Positions 10,558 through 20,118 of a stretch of 64,000 bases of DNA are shown one piece after another. A program made the position numbers and the translations under genes. Position 1 is the first letter of the stretch. Each line of letters starts with the position of its first letter. A model generated the notes under the pieces. That model was given only the letters and a program-made list of their open reading frames with translations, did no database searches and was not told where the DNA came from. The stretch comes from an uncultured cyanobacterium (lineage in GTDB: Bacteria; Cyanobacteriota; Cyanobacteriia; Phormidesmidales; Phormidesmidaceae). The stretch covers positions 287,321-351,320 of the forward strand of contig CAWCAE010000001.1 in NCBI GenBank assembly GCA_963793445.1, given 5' to 3'.

Positions 10558-10595
10558 TTAAAGCCGGATGAAACCTAAGTTTCATCCGGCTTTAA
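10558..10595. terminator. perfect 17-bp inverted repeat, likely bidirectional terminator downstream of petE
   Basis: TTAAAGCCGGATGAAAC-CTAA-GTTTCATCCGGCTTTAA, about 100 nt past the petE stop. Confidence 0.8.
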
Positions 10596-10693
10596 TAATG
10601 CTTCTCTAAAAGTGAGATCGCTCTAGATCTATCTGGCCTAAGGCTATTAACACCTAAGGCGATTAACCAAAGAACGCTGTAGCAAGAAGGTGC

Positions 10694-11101
10694 CTACTGA
10701 ACGATGATCTTACCCACCATGCCAGCACCGCGGTGAGGTGCGCAGTAGTAAGTGTACTCACCGGGCTCTACGTCGAACGTACTGGAGTAAGACTCACCCG
10801 GAGAAAAAGTGAGCTGTTTTTGAGTCAGCTTATCGGCAACTGCTTTGCCGCCGGGGATGTTGTTGGCATCAAAAATGACATTGTGAGGAGCCATTTTGTT
10901 ATTTTCCCAAGTGACCGTGTCGCCCTGGGAGACCGTGATGGTAGCCGGTTCAAATACCAACAGGCCGCCATCAGAGCCCATCTTGACAGTTTGGTCGGCA
11001 GCGAAAGCAGGGGCTGCTAGCACAGCGCAACTGCTGATGACAAGCGCAGCCATCGTTAAAATGCTACCCAGGTTGCGGAGCGCTCTAGCAAAAATTTTCA
11101 T
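10694..11101 (-). CDS. petE: plastocyanin precursor
   Basis: Signal peptide ending [20 protein letters not shown], Cu ligands PHNV and [10 protein letters not shown]; GAGGA RBS before ATG 11101. Confidence 0.96.
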   Translation of the reverse strand: MKIFARALRNLGSILTMAALVISSCAVLAAPAFAADQTVKMGSDGGLLVFEPATITVSQGDTVTWENNKMAPHNVIFDANNIPGGKAVADKLTQKQLTFSPGESYSSTFDVEPGEYTYYCAPHRGAGMVGKIIVQ

Positions 11102-11496
11102 AGATCCTCGTATTGCAGCTAAATGTGTGTAGTTTCTTTGCACTTACTCATGAATTATATAGCGCCTCGTGGACCTTTTCCTCTAGTTGAGAGGTACGGA
11201 TTCGACGACCTGTCGTTTTCGGTTAAGCTCACTATAGAAAATATGCGATAGCCTTTGTCCTGTCTCGGTTTGAGTTGTTGCCGCGCAGGTTCTGCCAGAG
11301 TGCTTTTGTGACAGCGGTTTGAGCGTAGCCCAGGGTAGATAGTTAGAGCTGGCTGAAGCGAAAAGTGAGCGGAATAAAGTCTTGGTGGAACATTTTGAAA
11401 ATTTTTGTGGCCAAAGGTTAAATGTTTTAGTGGGTCAGCCATCAATATCGATTTTTAGTCATTAGTATTGAAAAAACCAATAATATAACTACGCTT

Positions 11497-11871
11497 ATGG
11501 CTATAGATGTTCTAGAGAAACAGGTGCTCGAACTGAGCAGTAAGGTGGATTCTCTCCACAGCCTGGTAGCACAGCTAGCTGACAAAGTAGATACGGGTAT
11601 GACTGCCTCGAAGTCTTCTGCAAATGGCAGTATTTTGCCAGAATCGGCTGGGGTGAACCTATCGCCTGTGAAGGTGCGTCGTGCGCCTAATCCAGCGATG
11701 ATGCACAAGGATATTTTGAGCGATGAGCCCTATTTAGACGCTGAGAAGAGCAGTACTGCTCGGAAGCTGTCGCCTGAAATTCAGATTCAACGGCTAACGG
11801 CGCAGCTAACGGCGGCTTATAACCGCATAGCGGCGCTAGAAGAGCAGATTATGGCGTACCGAGCTTATTAG
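11497..11871 (+). CDS. hypothetical protein with two coiled-coil segments
   Basis: LEKQVLELSSKVDSLHSLV and EIQIQRLTAQLTAAYNRIAALEEQ; resembles a recurring cyanobacterial hypothetical (recollection). Confidence 0.75.
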   Translation: MAIDVLEKQVLELSSKVDSLHSLVAQLADKVDTGMTASKSSANGSILPESAGVNLSPVKVRRAPNPAMMHKDILSDEPYLDAEKSSTARKLSPEIQIQRLTAQLTAAYNRIAALEEQIMAYRAY

Positions 11872-11938
11872 AAGGGGTTTGCGGTGCATACGACTGTAGA
11901 AAGCTGCTATTCCTGAAAGCTTGGGGTGGGGCTCTAGA

Positions 11939-13126
11939 TCAAAAAGCATGTCTTAGCTCTTTTTCTACAGCGTGTCGAAGCTGGGAGGCGCTCCACCGCT
12001 GGTAAAGATGAGCAGCGATCGCACATCCGCCTGCACCGACCCCTTCTTTAACAAAACCTTGCTCGTAGGCTCGAAGCTGCACGTATGGCGAGTGTCTAAA
12101 GTTAATTTGGCTCGCTAGATAGGGCGCTTTTATCTGCTGTGCGATCGCCACAGTATCTGCGCTTTTATCCTCGATCACCCAGCGGGTAGTGCCCACCGCA
12201 ATTTCCTCTGCTTGCCATCTAATTTTATACTGTTGGCCTAACGCCCTTGCCAAGGCGTAGACAGCCAGCATCTGAGTCCCACCTGCTAGCAGCACACCAC
12301 AGCGCTGACTAACTGCTAGCACCATGCCAGCCGCTGCTATCTGCATTGGATCGCCGATGGCCGAAGCAGCGCCCAAAGGTGAGGCTAGCAGCGGCTCGTC
12401 TTCTTTATTCATCCGCAATTTCCAGGCGGCCAGTCCTTGTTCTACGAGCTGCTGCTTTTGAAGATGATTGCCTGTCAGATGGCTGCTGCTAACTTTGCCA
12501 TGGACATCGTAACCTAGTGCTATAAGCAGTGCTTGCGCTGTTGTCGTGCCGCCTACAACGCATTCGCCAATGATCCAATAGCTGTCTAGCGGTGCAAGCC
12601 GCTGGCCCCACTGTTGGCCCGCTGCGAACAGTGCCTGTGCTGCTATGACAGACATTGCCTTACCAGTAAAAACAGCCTGACCCCTGATGCCGTTCGGGAA
12701 CGTGTGGTTTGAGACAGTGCGGTTCAAGACAGTGCGATCTGCGATCACATCGCTGGGCATAGCTATACAAGGCACTGAGAGGGCAGTTGGTAAACCTGTG
12801 TTCATGAGATGGCAGCGAATCGAGAGCGATCGCAGCACAGCCCTAGTGATGACAGCCGGTGAAATACCTGCCGATAATCGGGGCAAACGGGGCTCTAAAG
12901 AACGATGGCTAGAGCGCTCACTCAGTAGAAAATCACCATCTTTAGCCGCAGTGAAGCATCGGTCGGCCAGCGTTTTACCGGCTGCTGAGATGCCAGGAAG
13001 CAAACCTGTATCAGTAAAGCCTAAGATGCAAGCAAACGCGGGCCGCTTGCCTCGGTAGCGCTGTAGCCAAGTACGAGCCTCACCCGCGCAGACTTTAATC
13101 ACACCTTGATAGCCCCTCCTTAGCAA
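11939..13126 (-). CDS. cobT: nicotinate-mononucleotide-dependent phosphoribosyltransferase, cyanobacterial/archaeal CobT type
   Basis: ILGFTDTGLLPGISAAG, GECVVGGTTTA, LAGGTQMLA, YEQGFVKEGVGAGG. Confidence 0.85.
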   Translation of the reverse strand: MLRRGYQGVIKVCAGEARTWLQRYRGKRPAFACILGFTDTGLLPGISAAGKTLADRCFTAAKDGDFLLSERSSHRSLEPRLPRLSAGISPAVITRAVLRSLSIRCHLMNTGLPTALSVPCIAMPSDVIADRTVLNRTVSNHTFPNGIRGQAVFTGKAMSVIAAQALFAAGQQWGQRLAPLDSYWIIGECVVGGTTTAQALLIALGYDVHGKVSSSHLTGNHLQKQQLVEQGLAAWKLRMNKEDEPLLASPLGAASAIGDPMQIAAAGMVLAVSQRCGVLLAGGTQMLAVYALARALGQQYKIRWQAEEIAVGTTRWVIEDKSADTVAIAQQIKAPYLASQINFRHSPYVQLRAYEQGFVKEGVGAGGCAIAAHLYQRWSASQLRHAVEKELRHAF

Positions 13127-13240
13127 CGACTCTACCTGGATTGCCTCGGCTCATCACAGCCATATTAATTACAGCCTTACAAACTGCTTAACTCACGGCT
13201 GCTTAGCTTATGGCTGCTTAGTTCATAGCCAGCAAACCTA

Positions 13241-14224
13241 TCATTCCTCAATCAGAACTTGCACCCAGTCGGGCGGCTCTGGCATGGTGATTCCTAGACG
13301 TTCTAGGACTAGCCACGCTGCCAAATGCACTGTGAATAAATACACCATGCTAGCAAAAATGACCATGACCACAGCTGCTGCTGAAACAATTACTAAGCCG
13401 GGCTGTCCTAAGACGCCCAGCCCAATCCAGCCCCAATTGGTTAGCAGCCGAATGGCCCAGTTCAAAAGCTGTGTAATTTGGGCGATAGAGTAGCCCCAAA
13501 GGTCTTCTCCCGCTAGCAGTGACAGCAGCCAAATTCGAAAGAACGAGCCCAGTGCAACCAGCAGTCCGCCTGTCAAAATAGAAGTTCCCCAGCTAGCTTT
13601 GCGCCGCCATAGAAACCCTAGCTGTACGCCTAAAAAGCCGTAGGGCATGAGGAAAAATATACTGCGAGTTGGGCCGAGTAAAATTGTCAGCAGCAGCCCA
13701 GAAACAGTGGCTGACATCCAAGCGGCGCGAGCGTTCCACCGCAGATACACGAGGGCAATCGGCAGTGGAAACAGAATCCGCAAAAAGGGCGCAGAAGGAA
13801 AGTAAGCGCTGACTAGCCACATTAGGCTAGCGGCGCTAGACAGAAAGGCTGTTTCTACTAGCGGCAGCGGGCCAACAGGAGAAGATGTAGCTCTACTAGG
13901 GGGACTAGCATCTATACCAGCTGAAGCGAACACCTCTGCTGGGCCAGTTTTCAGGCTGTTCTTCGGACTCGTTGCAGAATCTTTCTTCGAGCTATTTGGT
14001 GGAATTGGAAAAAGCTCAGCAGCATGCTGCTTATGCTCGGGCGCTAGCTTGGACGCTCTATCAGGAGCACCTTTGTCAGGGTTGATTGTAGGAGAGAGCT
14101 CGGCAGGCACTGGAGTGGGCCCGGGCGACGAGACTGAGTGGATCTCAAGACTGTCGGGAACAAGATCGTCTGAAATCCAAGGGGCGTCATCATCCGGCTG
14201 AGCGGGATCGACAGGGTGGGTCAT
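13241..14224 (-). CDS. DUF2232-family membrane protein with disordered N-terminal extension
   Basis: PLVETAFLSSAASLMWLV, FPLPIALVYLRW, GPTRSIFFLMPYG; multiple TM helices. Confidence 0.8.
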   Translation of the reverse strand: MTHPVDPAQPDDDAPWISDDLVPDSLEIHSVSSPGPTPVPAELSPTINPDKGAPDRASKLAPEHKQHAAELFPIPPNSSKKDSATSPKNSLKTGPAEVFASAGIDASPPSRATSSPVGPLPLVETAFLSSAASLMWLVSAYFPSAPFLRILFPLPIALVYLRWNARAAWMSATVSGLLLTILLGPTRSIFFLMPYGFLGVQLGFLWRRKASWGTSILTGGLLVALGSFFRIWLLSLLAGEDLWGYSIAQITQLLNWAIRLLTNWGWIGLGVLGQPGLVIVSAAAVVMVIFASMVYLFTVHLAAWLVLERLGITMPEPPDWVQVLIEE

Positions 14225-14235
14225 GAACGCAGTCG

Positions 14236-14934
14236 CTATACCAAAAGATTTTCTAGGGCTTCGATATCATTGATTTTGAGAACGTCGCGGTCGCGCGTAA
14301 TCAGCCCCCTCTTTTCTAGCTTACTCAAAACTCGAGTGACTGTTTCTCTCGCGAGCCCGCTCAATCCGCTTAGCTCTCGGTGAGGCAGGTTCGGAATCTC
14401 CATACCTTGACCGGCTGCTTTGCCCTGTCCGTCTGCTAAAAACAAGAGAACATCCGCCACTCGCGACTGACTATCTGATTCACGTAAGCGCAGCCGTCGA
14501 TTTACCTGGCGCAAACGCTTTGCCATTAGCCGAGCCAAATACAGCCCAGCCATAGGCTCAGTATGTAGCAGACTGACAAACTGCTGGGCCGGCATGATGC
14601 CAATCATGGTAGGGACTAAGGTGATGACATCTGTCGATCTAGGAATTTCTTCTAGTGAAGACATTTCACCAAATATTTCGCCTGTTCCTAGAATGTTGAG
14701 CGTCACCTCTTTCCCATCTAAATTGTAGGTGCGAATTTTAACCCACCCTTCTAATACGAAGTAAACAGAGTTGCCCCAATCATTTTCTAGCAGAATAACC
14801 TGATTTGCAGGGTGTCGGCGTGTAACTACTTGAGCAGCCGCTTGTTGTGCCACCTCTGAACTTAGTTCAGAAAAAAAAGGAGTCAGGCGGATTAGCTCAC
14901 TGGTGTCGGGAGGACGCGCTTCCATGGTCAACAA
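14236..14934 (-). CDS. Crp/Fnr family transcriptional regulator
   Basis: cNMP-binding fold (GEIFGEMS..PRSTDV), HTH LSGLARETVTRVLSKL. Confidence 0.93.
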   Translation of the reverse strand: MLTMEARPPDTSELIRLTPFFSELSSEVAQQAAAQVVTRRHPANQVILLENDWGNSVYFVLEGWVKIRTYNLDGKEVTLNILGTGEIFGEMSSLEEIPRSTDVITLVPTMIGIMPAQQFVSLLHTEPMAGLYLARLMAKRLRQVNRRLRLRESDSQSRVADVLLFLADGQGKAAGQGMEIPNLPHRELSGLSGLARETVTRVLSKLEKRGLITRDRDVLKINDIEALENLLV

Positions 14935-15531
14935 GTAGGTTAAAGAGTTTTACCGAGTGGTCTTGATTACTGAAGCTGCGGCGATTAATTACTCAAAGCA
15001 CACTGAACGCTTGGACTAATCACACTGCGTAAAGCACGCTAACCTTAGCACCCAAACTGTCGTCTGCACTACCTAGATATACAACTGAGCTGACTTGTCT
15101 TAACAGTGACGAGTTTGCCAATCATCTACGTAGAATCTATGCAGAAAAATTTCTGCTTGTGGCTATGGATTATCAGTATTTTTGGGAGGAGTGCTTATCA
15201 TACATAGCAAATTTTGCTACAAATTAACTTGATTTGGGCTGTGCTTTTTTACGTTGCTGCCTTAAACTTTGTGCACTTGTTGACTTCACTGTTTTGCTTA
15301 TTTGCTTAACTGTTGTCATGGCACCTGCGATCGCACTGTTTTGCAGCCGCGCTGCATTGCAAAGTCCAAGATACACAATCCGATGTGCAGACAGCTCAAA
15401 AAAACGCCTAAATGTTAGCCTTGAGCTGATTTTGGGTAAAGAGAGAGCGACCAGACCAGCGTCTAACCAAACTGTAGCGAGCAGGCAAATCGCACCCTTA
15501 GCAACCGATCATTTGACTATTGTAGGTATCC

Positions 15532-18500
15532 ATGGTGACTTCCCAAAAGGACCAGATTCAATCACTCATTGCGGATATTGAACAGGTGCTCAGTAAAGAG
15601 AAGCCGCGAACGCCTTGGATTAAGGCGAGTGAAACTGAGCCGCAGCGTCAGGCGCTAGTGAGGGCGCAGGCCTACCTGATGTCGTTGCAGCAGTCGTTTG
15701 AAGCACCCGGTGGATGGGGACCAGTGGATCCCACTACAGGACAATTTGCGGTGGCGCAGCCATCTGAGCCCGCTTTAGATGTAATCAGTGCAGGCAGTAG
15801 CCCTGCCTCTGAACTGGACACATCTGCAGAGACGGTCATGCAGGCGCTGCTGACGGAAATGAAGTTTTTGAAGTCCAGTGCATTGCAGCCGCTGCGCTTG
15901 GAAATGGACAGCCTGCGAGCGGATCGCAATCAGCTTGTGCAGGAGGTGAAAGATCTTTCAGACCAGCGTAATCAGACGCTAGAAGAACTCAATCAGGCGC
16001 GGCTAGAGCGGGCGCAACTGGAAAGCTCGCAGCTAGTAGGAATACAGAAATTTGATCAGACAGACTCTGATCAAATAGACATTGATGAAGCGCAGCTCAA
16101 TCAGTTTTTGCAGGCGCTGATGACGCGGCTACAAGAGAGCTTGTCTACGCAGGTGACGCAAACGTTGGGTCAGCTAGAGTCTGAACACTCGCAGGCAATG
16201 GCCAAGCTCACTGCTGCCACTGAGATAGAAATACTAGAGCTAAAACCCACCGGGCAAATAGAAGAAATCCGCCAGATTCAGTCGCGATCTGATCAGCTAC
16301 TTGCAAATATTGATTCGACCCTACAGGGCATGTTTGAGACGCTGCAAACGAATATCGATAGCTATCAGATTTCGCTAAACGAAGGGATTGAAAACATGCA
16401 CAGCCTGGGCCGTCAGGGCGAGGTTATTGTGCGATCGCTTGTCGATCATCTCACTCAGCAGCTAGGTCAGACGACGCCACCTGAGCCCGCCTTCTATCCA
16501 GCCCGCTCGACGCCGTTTGCCGATGAAGTTGGCCCCAGTACAGATACCGTTTCTTCTCTGAACGAAATCTTGCCAGCTAGCGGTGATTTTACAGAACAGG
16601 GCTGGCGATCGGCCTCAGCCATCGATAATTTGGCTATCGATGATCTGACCATTGATGACCTATCTGCTATTGGTAACCTGGCTGCTATTGACGATCTAGC
16701 CATTGATGACATAGAGGCTGAATCTACCGTCGCAGAATTGCAAAGCGCAGTGCAGCCACCGACAGAACCCTCGGCCATAGAATTGCCAGCGACAGAACCG
16801 GCGTTAGCAGAGACGCTTTCAGTCGCAGAAACGCTCTCAATCGACGAGATGTCAGAAGTTGACGCTTCCTTTACTGAGCCGATAGCGCCCTCCTCTAACG
16901 AAGAGACTGAACCGCTTCTAGCAGCAGACTATGCAGCCGAAGACTTTATCCGAGAAGACGGCACGATTGATATTGACCTACTGAAGCTCGATATTGATCG
17001 AACCGAAGATGACTCAACGCTGACTAGAGATGACCTAATGATTGACTCGGCAGTAGCTGACGCTCAAGTTGCTGCCACTGAATCTGATTTAGAGATTGAA
17101 TCTCAGGTAAAGCCGACGGCGGATGCCGCCTTTCTAGCAGATTTGACCTTCGACGATTTGATGATCGACTCAGAGACCGCCGATGTTGATGATGCTGAAA
17201 CCAGTGTGTCAGAGCAGCTAAGTGATCCAGAGCCTCCAATAGATGGCTTCAGACTAAATGACGCATCGGTAAGCCCATCTACTGCTTTGCCTGAGGTAGG
17301 GCTATGGCCAGGCACTGTGGGTGACCCTGACAGGAACGACGCTGCCAGAGAATCCAGAGAATCTGCCAGAGAATTCGCGGAATCCGCCAAAGAAGAGGTT
17401 TTACCAGCGTCGGCAGCTTTTGAAGAAACTGCCGAACGACCTGAGTCGGCAATTGTGCCTGATTTACCGGACGACGAAGATAGTTCATCTGGCCTGCTAC
17501 TGGAGAGCGACCTTGACGACGTGCTTTCGGATGATTTGATTGCTGCGCTAGAGGACGACAGCAGAGCGGCTGAACAAGTGGCTATGGAAACAACGGGCGA
17601 CGCGTACCTAGATGTGGTGACCTCCGACTTGGAAGAGGTGATTGTTTTTGATCCAGATTTGCCCGAAATCGCGCCGCCACAACAGACTGACTCATCTTTA
17701 GAGTCAGCGGCTATTCCAGATTTGCCGGATGACGAGACTGGCGATGAAGCTGATGACGGAACTGGTGACGAAGAAGAGACGCCGATAGAGGATCCAACTC
17801 TTTCTCAGACAGTGCCTTCTGCGGCTGCGATCACCGATCTATCAACAGATGAAATCCAAGGAGATCCTTGGGCAACCGTTGAAACCGTAACGCCCTCAGC
17901 GCCAAGTTCTTTAGAACAAGATCTGTTTGCCCAAGAACTCTCAGCGCAAGCGGCATCAGCACAAGAACTCAACCAAGAGCCGCTAGAGCAAGATCCTTCA
18001 GACCAGGCATCTTCAGATCCAGATCCTTTAGATCGAGAGCCTTTAGAGCAAGAGATCTTAGACCAGGAAATGCTAGACCAAGAAGCGTTAGAGCAAGAAA
18101 CGCTAGACCAAGAGGCGCTAGATCGCGAAACGCTAGCCCCACTGCCCAGAGATCCGCAATCTGCGCCTGAACTTCTTGACTCAAGCAGCGGTGCTTCAGA
18201 CAATGGTCCGAATCTTTCTAGTGTGGCAGCAGGTGCGGCGACACAACAGAGATATTCGACAAAAGCTCAACCATCTGCCCAACCCCCAGAAGACAACGAC
18301 GGAGACGACGACCCTACTAAAGGAGTGCCCTCCAGCTGGTTTTTAGGAATGGATTTGGGTGCTACTGGGGTCTCAGCTGTCTTGATCAATCAGCTCGGCG
18401 ATCAGGTCTACCCTCTCTGCTGGAATGTTGCCGGTGACAGCGAGACGAATCGCTTTCGCTTGCCAGCTGTAGCGAAAGTTGACCCAAATGCGGCTAACGG

Positions 18501-20118
18501 TGCGCAGCTAGGAACTGTTGGTCCCTCGGCGCTACAGCAGAGCCCCCCACTGCTGCGCAACCTAAAGCTGATGGTGAAAGCCGGTATCCCAAATAGTCAA
18601 TCTGACGAGCCGCGAATGCAGTGGGCTGACCACATTGCGCTGCCTCTAACAGTGCTGCAGGCTGCCCTCGTTGAGCTGATGGTGACGCTCCAGGCTGACC
18701 AGATGAGCTGCCGCGCGGTTGGGCTCAAAAATTCTGCTTTGCGCCGTGCTCTAGCCAATTTGAGAGGGGTGATTGTGGGCTATCCCACTAACTGGCCAGA
18801 TACCTACAGCTTCAATATTCGAGAGACGCTGCTGTCTGCTGGTATTGTCTCATCGCCTGATCAAATCTTTTTTGTAGAAGAAGTGATTGCAGGACTGCTA
18901 TCGGCTTTGCCAGCACCTACAGCTGCTAGCGATGTCCCTGAAAATCAGCAGCCGGGACTGTACAACTGCAACTGGTCAGGCGGCACAGTTGTTATCAGCG
19001 CTGGCGCTATTTTGACCGAGACCGCTGTTGTCGAACTGCCAGCAGAGCTAGATCAGCTCCGCTACCAAGATTTTTCAATGCGGGGCTACAACTACGCCGG
19101 AGACGGCATCGACCAAGATATTATTTGTCAACTGTTGCATTTAACACTGCCTGCGCCGTCAGCAGCAGAGGGGGATAAGCCTACAGCTTCAGCAGAGGGC
19201 ACTAGCCGATGGGAAACGCTAGGGCTCGATGAGATTGCCCTACCGCAGCCTGGAGAGGCCGACCGGGTCACTCGCCATCGACTTAGACAGCGGCTGAATG
19301 ATTCGCCACTTGGACGTGAGGCTGTTTTAGCTGCACGTGAGCTAAAGCTGGCACTACAGGAAGAAGAAGAAGTGGAAGTAGCGCTGGGCGAGCACACCTG
19401 GGTGATCACCCGCAAAGAGTTGGAAACCAAAATATTTATTCCTTATATTCAGCGGATTAACCGGCAGGTGAATACACTGCTTGGGAAGAAAAATCTGGCG
19501 ACACAAGCTGTGAAGCAGGTGGTCTGCACGGGCGGGTCGGCCTCTTTGGGCACGATTGCTCGCTGGCTTCGCCAGAAGTTTCCAAATGCCACTATCATCC
19601 AAGATACTTACACCGGAGAATATTCCAACAGCTGTAGCCGCGTCGCCTATGGGCTAGCTAACCTCTGTCACTACCCGCAGGTATTGGATGTTAATCGTCA
19701 TCAGTACAATGACTATTTTCTGCTGCTAGAGCTGCTGCGCATTTTGCCTGAACAGCCGCTTCCGGCTGGGGGTATTTTGCATTTGCTAGAGCAAAGAGGT
19801 ATTGATACGCAAGCCTGTCAGGCGCATGTGCTGGCTTTGATTGAAGGTCATCTACCGCCGGGCTTAGTGCCGACTGCGGGCGATCGCCCCCTCATTAGCG
19901 CCCAGTCATCAGATATTGCGACTTACAGAGCACTGTCCGAGCTGCCTTTGTTTAGAAAGCAGGGCGGACAGATCTATATTGCGGATCCTCAGCAAGGGGA
20001 TAGACTGCGATCGCACTTAGAAACCCTGTTGGCAACTAAAGTGCAGTCACTTAGTGAACCTATGACGACGGCTCATCTAACCTCGTCTATTGCGTCGGGC
20101 CAAAGTACGCTGGCGTAA
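15532..20118 (+). CDS. 1528-aa protein: N-terminal coiled coil, long acidic low-complexity linker, C-terminal Hsp70/actin-fold ATPase-like domain
   Basis: FLGMDLGATG, YAGDGIDQDII, ARELKLAL, ITRKELE, VVCTGGSASL, RVAYGLA align by eye to Hsp70 NBD motifs. Confidence 0.75.
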   Translation: MVTSQKDQIQSLIADIEQVLSKEKPRTPWIKASETEPQRQALVRAQAYLMSLQQSFEAPGGWGPVDPTTGQFAVAQPSEPALDVISAGSSPASELDTSAETVMQALLTEMKFLKSSALQPLRLEMDSLRADRNQLVQEVKDLSDQRNQTLEELNQARLERAQLESSQLVGIQKFDQTDSDQIDIDEAQLNQFLQALMTRLQESLSTQVTQTLGQLESEHSQAMAKLTAATEIEILELKPTGQIEEIRQIQSRSDQLLANIDSTLQGMFETLQTNIDSYQISLNEGIENMHSLGRQGEVIVRSLVDHLTQQLGQTTPPEPAFYPARSTPFADEVGPSTDTVSSLNEILPASGDFTEQGWRSASAIDNLAIDDLTIDDLSAIGNLAAIDDLAIDDIEAESTVAELQSAVQPPTEPSAIELPATEPALAETLSVAETLSIDEMSEVDASFTEPIAPSSNEETEPLLAADYAAEDFIREDGTIDIDLLKLDIDRTEDDSTLTRDDLMIDSAVADAQVAATESDLEIESQVKPTADAAFLADLTFDDLMIDSETADVDDAETSVSEQLSDPEPPIDGFRLNDASVSPSTALPEVGLWPGTVGDPDRNDAARESRESAREFAESAKEEVLPASAAFEETAERPESAIVPDLPDDEDSSSGLLLESDLDDVLSDDLIAALEDDSRAAEQVAMETTGDAYLDVVTSDLEEVIVFDPDLPEIAPPQQTDSSLESAAIPDLPDDETGDEADDGTGDEEETPIEDPTLSQTVPSAAAITDLSTDEIQGDPWATVETVTPSAPSSLEQDLFAQELSAQAASAQELNQEPLEQDPSDQASSDPDPLDREPLEQEILDQEMLDQEALEQETLDQEALDRETLAPLPRDPQSAPELLDSSSGASDNGPNLSSVAAGAATQQRYSTKAQPSAQPPEDNDGDDDPTKGVPSSWFLGMDLGATGVSAVLINQLGDQVYPLCWNVAGDSETNRFRLPAVAKVDPNAANGAQLGTVGPSALQQSPPLLRNLKLMVKAGIPNSQSDEPRMQWADHIALPLTVLQAALVELMVTLQADQMSCRAVGLKNSALRRALANLRGVIVGYPTNWPDTYSFNIRETLLSAGIVSSPDQIFFVEEVIAGLLSALPAPTAASDVPENQQPGLYNCNWSGGTVVISAGAILTETAVVELPAELDQLRYQDFSMRGYNYAGDGIDQDIICQLLHLTLPAPSAAEGDKPTASAEGTSRWETLGLDEIALPQPGEADRVTRHRLRQRLNDSPLGREAVLAARELKLALQEEEEVEVALGEHTWVITRKELETKIFIPYIQRINRQVNTLLGKKNLATQAVKQVVCTGGSASLGTIARWLRQKFPNATIIQDTYTGEYSNSCSRVAYGLANLCHYPQVLDVNRHQYNDYFLLLELLRILPEQPLPAGGILHLLEQRGIDTQACQAHVLALIEGHLPPGLVPTAGDRPLISAQSSDIATYRALSELPLFRKQGGQIYIADPQQGDRLRSHLETLLATKVQSLSEPMTTAHLTSSIASGQSTLA
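17977..18135 (+). repeat. 15-nt (5-codon) degenerate tandem array, about 10.5 units, encoding E-x-L-[DE]-[QR]
   Basis: gagccgctagagcaa / gatccttcagaccag / ... / gaaacgctagaccaa / gaggcgctagatcgc. Confidence 0.85.

Noticed and set aside
11190-11230. GGATTCGAC resembling the tmRNA 5' end
   Set aside because: No GGGGC 5' stem, tag ORF or matching 3' TΨC-CCA end.
15234-15581. 115-aa ORF upstream of the giant gene
   Set aside because: TTG start, no motifs, out-of-frame overlap with the giant ORF; likely promoter/UTR sequence.
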